Below are positions 1 to 8,671 of a DNA stretch of 56,603 bases, one piece after another. Made by a program: the position numbers and the translations under genes. The DNA is from an uncultured Gammaproteobacteria bacterium (GTDB taxonomy: Bacteria > Patescibacteriota > Microgenomatia > UBA1406 > HO2-37-13b), in contig CAZTOA010000002.1 of the NCBI GenBank assembly GCA_964614975.1, positions 1-56,603 on the forward strand. The letters run 5' to 3'. Within the stretch, counting starts at the first letter, position 1. Each line of letters opens with the position of its first letter. The notes under the pieces were generated by a model. The model worked only from the letters and a program-made list of their open reading frames with translations. It was not told the DNA's origin and did not search any database.

Positions 1-1517
1 CAGCGAATAACAGATGGCTTATTGACGTCGCATGCTGGATCTGGAGATTCCTGGACATCGTCACCGTCATATGGGGATACAGGGTTTGGAATTGGGTCGT
101 TTATTGTGTCCAGCTTATGGAATTGATCGTCTTTAAGCTTATACCAAGACGTATTGGCATATGACCAACCACCAGGAGCTGGAGTTGGACCTTCACCAAG
201 ATTGCAACTACACGCAATAACAATTTCTTTTTTACACGTTGCACCATTGCGACATGTCAGGGTAATTTCTTTTACTCCTGCGTTAGGGAACTGTACGCAA
301 CTTACATCTGGGTCTTCAACGCCTCCAGACGATCCGTAATCAAAGCTATATCCTGGCTCCGAATCAACTGTAATTGCGTTACAATTTGTACCCCAACATG
401 CACAACCTCCTTGTGGACCATTAACATCAAAGTCGCACCCAGGTGGGCAGCCTTCAATAGTCTTTGGTGCAACACAATTTGGACAACAGATTTCTCCTTC
501 GCATGCACAAGCAGCGGATGGGGGATCAGGTTCTGTGGCTCCGCCAAAGCTATAAGAGTATCCAACGCATTGATTACCGTCTAATGTATCAATCCTAACG
601 GTTGGATAAGGTGTGACTGCCATCTTATCGCAGTCGCCTGTTGTGCATTGAAAACAAGCCGGCTTTTCTCCACCGAAAATAGGGCCCTCAGCTTTTCCTG
701 GTTGGCCATCTGTGTGCTCAGGACATGAAAAGGTAAGACCTTGTGCCAAGGCTGCTGCACAACTACAGGCATTCGCACACCAACAGGCCCCATCGTCTAT
801 TGGGCAAGTAGAAGGAGCTCCTGGATTTACGCATTTCGATGTTCCATTTCCCATATCTCTACAGGTAGTTCCAGATGGGCATGCATTCGCATTAGCTGTA
901 CAATCGTCAAAACAACCTGGAACGGGAGTAGGCGATGGTGTTGGAGAGGTGATATTTCCTGGTGGACTAGATGGCTCTCCTGGATCTCCCGGAGCATCGC
1001 ATACACAATCTTGTTCTGTAGGACAAAGCGGATTAACGCATTTATTTATCGTAGCTGCTCCTACATAGGAATCACATTGCCCACCCATAAATTCACTTCC
1101 CGAACATGCAACTGGCGTTGAATTTTGATTTGCGCTGGCGCAAACTTTTCCAGAAGCTGAGCCAATGTTATAGCATCCACATGAAGAGCCCACGCATGCT
1201 TCATGTGAACAACCGCAGTCTGAGGCGTTCGGACAGCTTGTATTAACACATTTGGTAATTTTTGGATTTGGTCCCATTACTTCGCATAGTCCACCAGCAG
1301 CATCTTGACCAGTACAATTTACAAGGGTTGCAGTAAGACCTTGTGGACATGTCTTTCCTAAGGCCGAGCCGAGATTTTGACAACCACAAACTGCACCGCT
1401 ACAGCTTTGCCCTGAATTTGCATAGCCATCACCAAGCTGAGCTTTTACGCCCGAGGGAGCTACTAAAAATAGGAGTCCAAAGATAGATAGAGTGAGAAAA
1501 AACACTAACTTTCTCAT
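1..1517 (-). CDS. Secreted cysteine-rich modular protein, N-terminal ~505 aa (ORF runs off the left edge; absent from the supplied ORF track)
   Basis: ATG at 1517 (-) followed by signal-peptide-like MRKLVFFLTLSIFGLLFLVAPSGVKA. I checked every codon of this frame down to position 3 and found no stop. Repeated modules end in KCVN(T/P)xCPxxxDCxC, with a PSSPPGNITSPTPSPTPVP linker. Confidence 0.6.
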   Translation of the reverse strand, partial: MRKLVFFLTLSIFGLLFLVAPSGVKAQLGDGYANSGQSCSGAVCGCQNLGSALGKTCPQGLTATLVNCTGQDAAGGLCEVMGPNPKITKCVNTSCPNASDCGCSHEACVGSSCGCYNIGSASGKVCASANQNSTPVACSGSEFMGGQCDSYVGAATINKCVNPLCPTEQDCVCDAPGDPGEPSSPPGNITSPTPSPTPVPGCFDDCTANANACPSGTTCRDMGNGTSKCVNPGAPSTCPIDDGACWCANACSCAAALAQGLTFSCPEHTDGQPGKAEGPIFGGEKPACFQCTTGDCDKMAVTPYPTVRIDTLDGNQCVGYSYSFGGATEPDPPSAACACEGEICCPNCVAPKTIEGCPPGCDFDVNGPQGGCACWGTNCNAITVDSEPGYSFDYGSSGGVEDPDVSCVQFPNAGVKEITLTCRNGATCKKEIVIACSCNLGEGPTPAPGGWSYANTSWYKLKDDQFHKLDTINDPIPNPVSPYDGDDVQESPDPACDVNKPSVIR

Positions 1518-1567
1518 GATATGGTTACAGCTTAGAGTTTTTTAGGAGAAAAATCAAGAAGTGATAC

Positions 1568-3703
1568 TTAGTTTTGGTTGGCGTTAGCTACCGCACCTCG
1601 CATAGCACCGGCAAATACTGGTTCTCTCAAAAGATCGGTCGTATCTCGTGCACCCCATGCACCTGGTATAGCAACTCGAAGTCGCGCATTTTGTTCACGT
1701 GCTGCGATTGCGGCGGCTGAAAGAGCAACGCCAGCATTGTAGTCACCATTTGGATAGATAGGCATCATTACTGCACCATAATCGACAGGATACGTTCCTA
1801 GATCAGCATCGATCTGTGCCGCGAGTTGGTCTACAGGCAAGCCATTAGCTGCGGCAGGATAATTAAATATTGGTAAAACAAGCAATGTTCGTGATCTTGG
1901 TATAGTTGCAGAAATTTCAGCTACGATTCTACGCGCATTGTCTCTCAATGCTTGATTATCTCCAAGTACAAGCCCATGTTGTTCAATTCCAACCAATCTA
2001 TCGGCTGGAGTATCTCTTAATACTCTTGCCATTACATCTTGTACGTGTGAAGTAGGCCCTGAACTCCAATGTGCTTCCAAAGGGAAGTAGTCCATATAAT
2101 TTCGGCGCCGTCTACTACTACTATTCACGTCTGATGCTGGGTTTGCAACTGCACCAATGTTCAGAGCTGGGAAAGTATCAATACCCCAACGTTGAGCAAG
2201 AACTCCATATGCTTCACGTGCAAATGCTTTTATTGGATTATCTAGCTCTGGTTCACCATAATCATTTTGACGTCTGCCTACCCACTCAGGAAATCCAGCT
2301 CGTGAATTCACATATGATGGCATGTAAAGAGACAATCCGTTTTGTTGAGCTATTCGTACAAGCAAATCAGCTTGACTTAATCTTGGGGCATTGTCTGAAT
2401 AAGCTCTACCTGGGTTAAATGCTATTCCTCGTAAATATTGTTCGCTAAATAATTGCCAGGCTTCTGCACTTCTCCAGAAGTCGGTATCCGCTATGGCAAC
2501 TTCCGGGCCTCCAAATGCTTCTACATATTGACGTACATAGGCAAGTTCAGGATAGAGTTCCACAAGTTGTTGTGGATTTTCGCTTGCTAATCGTACAATA
2601 TCATCAATTCTCATTCCCCTTGTATTGGGTGGAAGATTAATGCCAATATGGCGTTCATGATTTGAACGTGCAGCCTCAGGTTGATTAGGATTGACGTCAA
2701 CTACCTCTATACAAGCACCTTCTGGTGTTTCAACTTCGACATAATGTTGTTCACCGGTTGAGCTAGTTCTTGATAAAAGCGTGACTGTTGCAGCTCTTGC
2801 AGCCAATGTTTCTGCAGTATCACCAGTTTCATCATCACAAAGCTCTTGACCATTTACTTCCCATCGTCCATCATTTGCATCGTATGCAACTTCGGTTCTC
2901 AAATCTTGTGATTGACCATCTGGTAATGTTGCAAAAGCTCCCGCGAGTGTAAGTGTTGGATCACCGTCGAGATATAAGTTTTTTGAACCATCTATTGCGG
3001 GAATAAGATTAGGTTGTGCGACTACTTTTAATTCAACACCAGCAGGTTCATTACTCAAAGCAAAACCCGTACCAGCGAGGACATCTTGTTGTGGTTGTCC
3101 ATTAAGCCAATCAACATCGTCGGAGCCTCCAGTTGTCATGTTGACTCCATCGCCTTGCGGGGAAGTCAATACTGGTTCTCTATGCATAGCATCTGGGTTG
3201 AATACAGGGGGCACTGCTGTTACTGTTGGACTAGGTGGAGGTAAATCAGTTGGACTTGGTGGTGGATCGGTTGGGTCTGGACTCGGTGGCAAGTCTGTTG
3301 AGCTAGGTGTTGCCGAAGGCACTTCAGTAGGAGGCAATGATGTAGCAGTTGGCAGATTGGAATCTCGAGCTTGTACGGCAAGTGGAAGATAATTGTAATA
3401 TCTCTTTGGTGTATCGGTTTGACCTGAAGAAACGGTAGATTCAGGCACAGGTGTACTATTAGGAGCAGCTGTAGCGTCGTCGTCAAGTTGTTGAGGTTGT
3501 GCGTCACCCTGTAAAGCTATTCCATATGTTGGCATAGCATCTAATCTAAGATGGTGGCCAGAATCAGTGTTAGGATCAACATCCTGAGCTCTAACTGCGC
3601 CTGATTCACCTTGACTTGCTAGAACTAGTGCCACCGTAGCAAGACCGACCGTAACAGCCGATGCATGTCTTCTATCTGGTGTGTATCCGTTTTCAGCTGA
3701 CAT
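1568..3703 (-). CDS. Secreted/membrane-anchored hypothetical protein with long Pro/Thr/Ser/Asp linker
   Basis: 711-aa ORF. N-terminal hydrophobic segment AVTVGLATVALVLASQG. Low-complexity DLPPSPDPTDPPPSPTDLPPPSPT. TATAGA box 5 nt upstream of the ATG. No catalytic motif I can name. Confidence 0.55.
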   Translation of the reverse strand: MSAENGYTPDRRHASAVTVGLATVALVLASQGESGAVRAQDVDPNTDSGHHLRLDAMPTYGIALQGDAQPQQLDDDATAAPNSTPVPESTVSSGQTDTPKRYYNYLPLAVQARDSNLPTATSLPPTEVPSATPSSTDLPPSPDPTDPPPSPTDLPPPSPTVTAVPPVFNPDAMHREPVLTSPQGDGVNMTTGGSDDVDWLNGQPQQDVLAGTGFALSNEPAGVELKVVAQPNLIPAIDGSKNLYLDGDPTLTLAGAFATLPDGQSQDLRTEVAYDANDGRWEVNGQELCDDETGDTAETLAARAATVTLLSRTSSTGEQHYVEVETPEGACIEVVDVNPNQPEAARSNHERHIGINLPPNTRGMRIDDIVRLASENPQQLVELYPELAYVRQYVEAFGGPEVAIADTDFWRSAEAWQLFSEQYLRGIAFNPGRAYSDNAPRLSQADLLVRIAQQNGLSLYMPSYVNSRAGFPEWVGRRQNDYGEPELDNPIKAFAREAYGVLAQRWGIDTFPALNIGAVANPASDVNSSSRRRRNYMDYFPLEAHWSSGPTSHVQDVMARVLRDTPADRLVGIEQHGLVLGDNQALRDNARRIVAEISATIPRSRTLLVLPIFNYPAAANGLPVDQLAAQIDADLGTYPVDYGAVMMPIYPNGDYNAGVALSAAAIAAREQNARLRVAIPGAWGARDTTDLLREPVFAGAMRGAVANANQN

Positions 3704-3978
3704 GGAGATCTATAGAACTTGTAGAAAGGGTTTTTTTGCGTCTAACTATGAGTTTATGGGTGGGGGAAGTAAAGCCAAACCCAAAACGGGCATGAAGATA
3801 GAGTAAATGATGCGATCTAGTCGCTCGGTGTATCATAAATAAATCTTATAGGATAACTTTATGTTTGTCTATAGGCTATTATAGACCTTATCCTAACTGA
3901 TTGCAAATATCACGCTACAACGATCTTACTCATTAATAATACTATTTTGTTATAGGAATTGTCAAATTTAATTATTTG

Positions 3979-5157
3979 TTAATAATATCCATATGCCCAA
4001 TAGCCAATAGAAAAAACTCTTTTTGTGGATAAATATGCTGTTTTAGCCTGTAGTGACAACGTATCTTCATACCAGATAGAATGTCTTTGTCCTGAATTAT
4101 CGACATATGAGATGTTCATTTCATGACTAAAATCATCGCGCATTTTTTTGCAGTTGAGCGTAATACATTTCGGCAATAGCGATTCCTCAATATTACTAAG
4201 AGTGAGCGCTTTTCCGGCCTTTGCAGGCCTATTTTTACTGTCGACGGACCAATCATAGCCGAAAAGGCCGAAGAGAACAGTGATTTTCTGAGCCGGAATG
4301 AGCTCAGAAAAATCGTTGATCATGATTGCGAAATCATATGAATAGGTTTTTCCCTTGAAAAGGGGGAAATTTGGGCCAGGCTCGCCGTAACTTTTATGAA
4401 AATCGTAGGCCATGATGAAGACTTCATCAGAAAATGAACCTATTTTTTTGACATCATAAGGGCGTTGGCGATAAAAAGTATCTCCATAAAGGGTAACGCT
4501 AAAATGTTGGTTTTGCTCGTGTGTTTTTGTAGCAAAAAGTTCGAGAAAAGAAGATATTTGAGCAATCGTATCTTTAGTGGGTAAAACGGAATGCTCTAGA
4601 TCAATAACGACGCCGTCGAAGCCGTGTTGTTTTGAGAGAGAAAGCGTCTCATTGATCAGCGCTTTCTGATAAGAAACATTTGTTAGTAGCGATTCATTTA
4701 TATCTTCGTTCATAAGTCGTAATGTGAGGAGCTTTCTACCAGCCATTTCGACTGTTTTTTGTGAAAAACTTGTGGTGTTCGCATAGCCGGGTTCAGATTT
4801 ATCTAGAGCCCCAAACTCATCTGAAGTAACTCCAAAATAAATGATATTTCGTACATTTTTATGAGAAATTGTTTCTGGTAAAACTGGTTTTGAAAGCGAA
4901 GCTACCTTCCAGTACGGAACAAAAATAGAACTTTCAGGAGGGTCGAATTTTTCAGGAAGCTTTTGAACTTCTGTATCCGAGTCTGGCATATTTAGAGTTG
5001 AGGGTTTTGAAGCTAAAGAGTGGTTTTGTGGTTGTGGTGTTGAGGATAAAATAAAATAGCCGAGAATAGCACTTATTGTTGCGATAATAAGCCATAGGCG
5101 TTTAGTTTTAAAGAGTTTTCTTTTAGGTGTACTCCGTTTTGATCTCAAATAGGACAT
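3979..5157 (-). CDS. GH18-like (chitinase/YaaH-like) membrane-anchored protein
   Basis: 392 aa with K/R-rich N-terminus plus a TM helix. FDGVVIDLEH resembles the GH18 DGxDxDxE strand, but the middle Asp is Val, so activity is uncertain. Confidence 0.5.
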   Translation of the reverse strand: MSYLRSKRSTPKRKLFKTKRLWLIIATISAILGYFILSSTPQPQNHSLASKPSTLNMPDSDTEVQKLPEKFDPPESSIFVPYWKVASLSKPVLPETISHKNVRNIIYFGVTSDEFGALDKSEPGYANTTSFSQKTVEMAGRKLLTLRLMNEDINESLLTNVSYQKALINETLSLSKQHGFDGVVIDLEHSVLPTKDTIAQISSFLELFATKTHEQNQHFSVTLYGDTFYRQRPYDVKKIGSFSDEVFIMAYDFHKSYGEPGPNFPLFKGKTYSYDFAIMINDFSELIPAQKITVLFGLFGYDWSVDSKNRPAKAGKALTLSNIEESLLPKCITLNCKKMRDDFSHEMNISYVDNSGQRHSIWYEDTLSLQAKTAYLSTKRVFSIGYWAYGYY

Positions 5158-5572
5158 ACCAGGTGATGATCTGAGCTGAAAATGTGTAAACGTTAAAGAA
5201 CATCAATGTAAGTAGGAGCTGAATGAGCGACACATAAAAGAGATTGTACCAACCCTTTTTCATCCAAAGAGATAATGGCTTAAATGAGATGATAAGAACC
5301 ACAGAACAAAGCAATAGAACAGCCTGAAGTAGATAATGGTTTAGCTTAAAAATTTGGTCTTCTTCACCAAGGATAAAATCCGTTGCACCACTAAATAGGG
5401 GGAGAATGGTAGCGAATCCAATGATTAGTGCGATCAGAAATATTACATACGGAATGATCTCTGTGACAAAACGCCTCACCGACTTTGGAACATGGGGAAA
5501 GGCTTTATGGACTGTGCCAATAATCTCCTCTATTTGTTCGAATCGCTTTAAATCGAGTACGCCCATCAACAT
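5123..5572 (-). CDS. Small integral membrane protein, unknown function
   Basis: 149 aa with several hydrophobic helices. Overlaps both neighbours (7 nt and 35 nt), consistent with operon packing. Confidence 0.45.
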   Translation of the reverse strand: MLMGVLDLKRFEQIEEIIGTVHKAFPHVPKSVRRFVTEIIPYVIFLIALIIGFATILPLFSGATDFILGEEDQIFKLNHYLLQAVLLLCSVVLIISFKPLSLWMKKGWYNLFYVSLIQLLLTLMFFNVYTFSAQIITWYVLFEIKTEYT

Positions 5573-6669
5573 ATATAGTATTCTCCCAACGTGTCTTTTG
5601 CAATGTGGCCTTTTATTTCGAGCTCTAAAAGTCGATTAAGAATGGCAGACATTGGAATTTTTAATTCTTCAGCAATTGTATCCGGATTAGCTATTTCTTG
5701 CCTAATAAGAGCCATAAGTTCTATTTCTTCTTCAGAAAGGTTCAGAGTCATGTCGGGGGGAAGTGGAGGGGGTTTTAAGTTCAAATGTTCAAAAATATCA
5801 TCGGGCGAAAAGACAAAAACGCCTCCATTTTGCATAAGATGTGAAAAAGTATAGCCATAGGTTGCAGTTAGATTATAAGGTGGCAGAAAGATTGATTTAC
5901 CTTGGTCGCCGGCGTGTCTCGCTGTAATCAGAGTGCCTGATTTGCTTGTTCCTTCAATAATAAGAACGCCGTCAGAAAGTGCTGAAATAAGACGATTACG
6001 AGTTACAAATAGTCCTTTTATTACTTTCTGATCTGGTGGAAATTCACTCAGAATTGCACCGCCTTCGTTTAGAATGCGGTTGTAAAGCTTAGAGTTTGAT
6101 GGCGGAGACACAATATTAACGCCACAACCAAGAATAGCTAGTGTTTTTGTCTTAAATTTGAGCGCTGTCTCGTGAGCTAGGGAATCTATGCCAGAGGCCA
6201 TTCCCGAAATGATAGTTATTCCAGCTGAGGCAAGGCGGGAAGTGAAGAAATTTGTAAGGTATCTACCATAGGGTGTGCAATTTCTACTGCCGACAACGGC
6301 GATGGCGGGTGTTTCTTCGTCAGTGACAATGGAGGCATCGCCCTTAATGTAGAGGCATAGTGGTTTTACGGCTATATTGCGAATCTTATTAGGGTATTGG
6401 GGGAGGTCAGGAGTTAAAACTTGTATATCTTTTTTTAACAGGCTTTTTAGAATGCTATAGGGGCTTTCTTGTGAACGAATTTCCAATAGATTTTTTAGTG
6501 TTTCACCTGGAATAAGTTGAGCGAGTTGTTCCACGGGCGCATTATATGCGGACTGTATCGACCCAAATTTTTCAATTAGTTTTTTGACGGTAAGTGGGCC
6601 AATTCCAGAGACGTGAGAAAAGGCAACATAGTATTCAGTTTCGTCAGTGTAATGTAGATCTAGGTTCAT
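5566..6669 (-). CDS. dprA: DNA-processing protein DprA (Smf)
   Basis: VVGSRNCTPYG and SGMASGIDSLAHETAL Rossmann-like DprA motifs. N-terminal HhH-like region and C-terminal winged-helix-like tail. TAGACT box 6 nt upstream of the ATG. Confidence 0.9.
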   Translation of the reverse strand: MNLDLHYTDETEYYVAFSHVSGIGPLTVKKLIEKFGSIQSAYNAPVEQLAQLIPGETLKNLLEIRSQESPYSILKSLLKKDIQVLTPDLPQYPNKIRNIAVKPLCLYIKGDASIVTDEETPAIAVVGSRNCTPYGRYLTNFFTSRLASAGITIISGMASGIDSLAHETALKFKTKTLAILGCGVNIVSPPSNSKLYNRILNEGGAILSEFPPDQKVIKGLFVTRNRLISALSDGVLIIEGTSKSGTLITARHAGDQGKSIFLPPYNLTATYGYTFSHLMQNGGVFVFSPDDIFEHLNLKPPPLPPDMTLNLSEEEIELMALIRQEIANPDTIAEELKIPMSAILNRLLELEIKGHIAKDTLGEYYIC

Positions 6670-6790
6670 GTGGGTAGTCTATCAAGGAGAAATTAAAGAA
6701 TTATTATGCAAATAGGCCGACGGCCGGGGAATATACCCCCGGGCCGCCGGCACAATCCAAAACAACAATAAGCTCAATGAGAGTAGCCAC

Positions 6791-6827
6791 GGAGGTGGCC
6801 CTGGCGCTGGTAACCAGGGCCACCTCC
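6791..6827 (-). terminator. GC-rich hairpin downstream of cassette-1 ORFs (one of three 3' structures)
   Basis: Perfect 14-bp stem GGAGGTGGCCCTGG (6791-6804) / CCAGGGCCACCTCC (6814-6827). A second imperfect GC hairpin lies at 6715-6751 and an 8-bp stem at 6837-6844/6870-6877. The U-tract is weak and offset (TTATTGTTGTTTT ~19 nt further on). Confidence 0.5.
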
Positions 6828-6940
6828 GGGTAAAGACTACCCAAGTATCCGTGCAGCCACTCACAGACTTTGGGTAGCCGGGCGGCTACGATGCCACCGT
6901 CACCGTGCCGCGGTAGATGTCGAGTTGTTGTCGGCTCTGT

Positions 6941-7063
6941 TCAGAGACCGCTCTCGCCGACACCGCCGGATTGTTCTTCCGACGAGCCTTCAGCTTCGTC
7001 ATCATCCTCGTCGGGGAACCAGGTCGTGGGATCGTTCTTGTCGAATGGCTTCGGATCATCCAT
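6941..7063 (-). CDS. Cassette 1 ORF B: 40-aa acidic peptide MDDPKPFDKNDPTTWFPDEDDDEAEGSSEEQSGGVGESGL
   Basis: Hand translation. The ATG shares its A with the TGA of ORF A (TGATG at 7061-7065). GC-rich codons. Paralogous DPxTW(F)P-acidic motif with ORF A. Below the ORF-track length cutoff. Confidence 0.4.
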   Translation of the reverse strand: MDDPKPFDKNDPTTWFPDEDDDEAEGSSEEQSGGVGESGL

Positions 7064-7176
7064 CAGTCGTAGTCCTCGTTGGGCTCAGCTTCGGGCTCAT
7101 CTTCCTTCGGCCAGGTATCAGGATCCTCTGGATCAACGCCGTTGGTGGGATCCACACCTTGGGTCACTGCGGACAT
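7063..7176 (-). CDS. Cassette 1 ORF A: 37-aa acidic peptide MSAVTQGVDPTNGVDPEDPDTWPKEDEPEAEPNEDYD
   Basis: Hand translation. SD-like GGGAG lies 8 nt upstream of the ATG at 7176. About two thirds of codons end in G/C. Plus-strand ORFs over the same DNA are R/S/P-rich shadow-like. Confidence 0.45.
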   Translation of the reverse strand: MSAVTQGVDPTNGVDPEDPDTWPKEDEPEAEPNEDYD

Positions 7177-7385
7177 CGGAGATCTCCCTTCAATGAGTTG
7201 AGGGGCCTACCTCCCCAGGCCTGCATCCACAGGCTGGGGAGGCTTAAGCCCCAGAGGAGTGTGCTCCCCAGCACCGTTACTGGGGCTGGATAGGCTCTTG
7301 CCGTCAGCAACTCAAGAGCCCTTCCAACCAGGCACGATCTTTTTGAGACCGAGACTTGTTGGAAGAGCTCTTTTTCATTGAAAAC
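7177..7385 (-). promoter_or_regulatory. Long structured 5' leader of cassette 1 (candidate cis-regulatory RNA)
   Basis: Stems seen by eye: 7316-7328/7358-7370 (13 bp, one G-U), 7293-7300/7313-7320 (8 bp, overlaps the former so the two are mutually exclusive), and 7210-7223/7230-7242 (13 bp plus a bulge, containing GGGGAGG). CCCCAG/CTGGGG words are repeated. Confidence 0.35.
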
Positions 7386-7445
7386 TTATTATCTTCGGAA
7401 TATGAAAAAGTGCGTGGTACGTGGACAATACATGCTTGCGTACGG

Positions 7446-7489
7446 TACACCTACCTAAAAATAAATTGACAATATTATACACCTACCTA
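7446..7489. repeat. 12-nt direct repeat TACACCTACCTA x2 (7446-7457, 7478-7489)
   Basis: Exact copies 32 nt apart in the gap between the dockerin-protein gene and cassette 1. TTGACAA/TTGTCAA inverted words flank the second copy. Confidence 0.6.
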
Positions 7490-7515
7490 TATTTCAACTT
7501 GTCAAGAAAAGGGCG

Positions 7516-7541
7516 CGATCCACAAGAAGACCAGGTCTTAT
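7516..7541. repeat. 26-nt repeat copy A (CGATCCacAAGAAGACCAGGTCTTAT), partner at 24489-24514
   Basis: 24/26 identical to 24489-24514. Contains the palindrome AAGACC-A-GGTCTT. The TTA at its 3' end is the stop codon of the minus-strand gene in both copies. Confidence 0.6.
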
Positions 7542-8671
7542 TGTCCAAATACGCGGGTAAAGAGAAGAGACCAATCTGAGCTATCAACTTTTCTATCACA
7601 GTTAATGTCGGTTGCATCAAGATTATCCTGGCTAAATTGTGAGCGCACAAAAAAATTCACATCACGCGTATCAACGTTACCATCATTATTAAGATCGCCA
7701 CTTGATCGTACACATGTCGTGAGCGAAGTTGTTGGAGTAACGATACTAGGAATACTTACAGGTGTCGTTGGTATGCTTACCGGCGGTGTGATCCCAGCAC
7801 AACGTAATCTACCCGACATGTGGGCGCATATCGTTGGATTAAGCTGGGTATCATCAAATACCTCTAGTTTGCACGTATAAATTGAGCCTGTTTGCGCAGG
7901 GAATTGAATATCGGTTTGATCAGGTTGTGAATCTCTTGTGTCGTTAATTGGAGTTGCCGCTTTGATGCTCCCATCTTGCCCATAGACAGCAAGCCTGTAT
8001 AACAAGCTGTAACCGTCGATAAGGGCTTTATCCGCTGACGATAAGGCGCACTTCCACTGTCTTGTCTCAGAGCACGAAACTGGCGTTACACCCGCACTCA
8101 AACAGCGTCCTTCGCCATCTGTCACACAAAGAATAGGTTCAATATTGCGAATATTTATCGGACACCCCGGAAATACCGGGCCAGTCGGTGTTGGTACAAA
8201 ATTAAAAGGAGTTGGAGTTGCCTCAAATATAGTTGGTGAAGGAGAAGGTGGAGTTGTCGGTACGGCAGGTGTTGCCGTTGGCCCAGAACAGATTGGTGCA
8301 GTTCCTGTTACCTCGTTTACAGGACAATCAGCTCTTTTTGTGCCTCCACCGGTAACACCAATAACACGGCACGTATAAACTGTACCTGAGACTACAGGGG
8401 CTTCTACGCTCAGTTCATTAACGCCGCCAGCTTTTATGAGCTCATTTGTTGATTGATTAATTATTTGAACAATAAAATCATCATATTCGCCCGCTGGAAC
8501 AGAACATATTGCAGTCGGAGCTTCACACTTATTTGGTTCTGCAGCTCGATTACGTATATCAATTGGTCCACGCACAAGAAGAGCGCCGGCAGTTATGCCA
8601 CCGAGAATCAGTATCATTAAGGCAATCATCATTTTTGTGCGTAAGGCTTCTCTTGTCATAGCTGTGAACAT
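7538..8671 (-). CDS. Secreted Cys-containing protein with PT linkers and a C-terminal dockerin-like domain
   Basis: 377 aa with an N-terminal TM anchor. The C-terminus has two DxNxDGxVDxxD-type repeats (DLNNDGNVDTRD, DINCDRKVDSSD), typical of type I dockerin Ca-binding loops. Confidence 0.6.
   Translation of the reverse strand: MFTAMTREALRTKMMIALMILILGGITAGALLVRGPIDIRNRAAEPNKCEAPTAICSVPAGEYDDFIVQIINQSTNELIKAGGVNELSVEAPVVSGTVYTCRVIGVTGGGTKRADCPVNEVTGTAPICSGPTATPAVPTTPPSPSPTIFEATPTPFNFVPTPTGPVFPGCPINIRNIEPILCVTDGEGRCLSAGVTPVSCSETRQWKCALSSADKALIDGYSLLYRLAVYGQDGSIKAATPINDTRDSQPDQTDIQFPAQTGSIYTCKLEVFDDTQLNPTICAHMSGRLRCAGITPPVSIPTTPVSIPSIVTPTTSLTTCVRSSGDLNNDGNVDTRDVNFFVRSQFSQDNLDATDINCDRKVDSSDWSLLFTRVFGQ

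Noticed and set aside
3200-3340. Short periodic repeats (also 9100-9250 and 10680-10790) as possible CRISPR or tandem-repeat arrays
   Set aside because: They are in-frame Pro/Thr/Ser linker-coding repeats inside long ORFs. There is no repeat-spacer architecture.
1568-3703. The 711-aa gene as a ninth foreign island, because it looks somewhat more GC-rich than its neighbours and has AGATCTCC before its ATG, as cassette 1 does
   Set aside because: The composition shift is mild and gradual. The gene has the host-type leaderless layout (TATAGA 5 nt from the ATG, no SD) and the same PT-linker style as other host surface proteins.
6870-7293. Plus-strand ORFs of 108 and 122 aa, and a 60-aa minus ORF at 6682-6864, in cassette 1
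   Set aside because: Their composition is R/S/P-rich and junk-like, they lack ribosome-binding sites, and they run through the hairpin structures. The two SD-led, translationally coupled acidic peptide ORFs on the minus strand explain the locus better.
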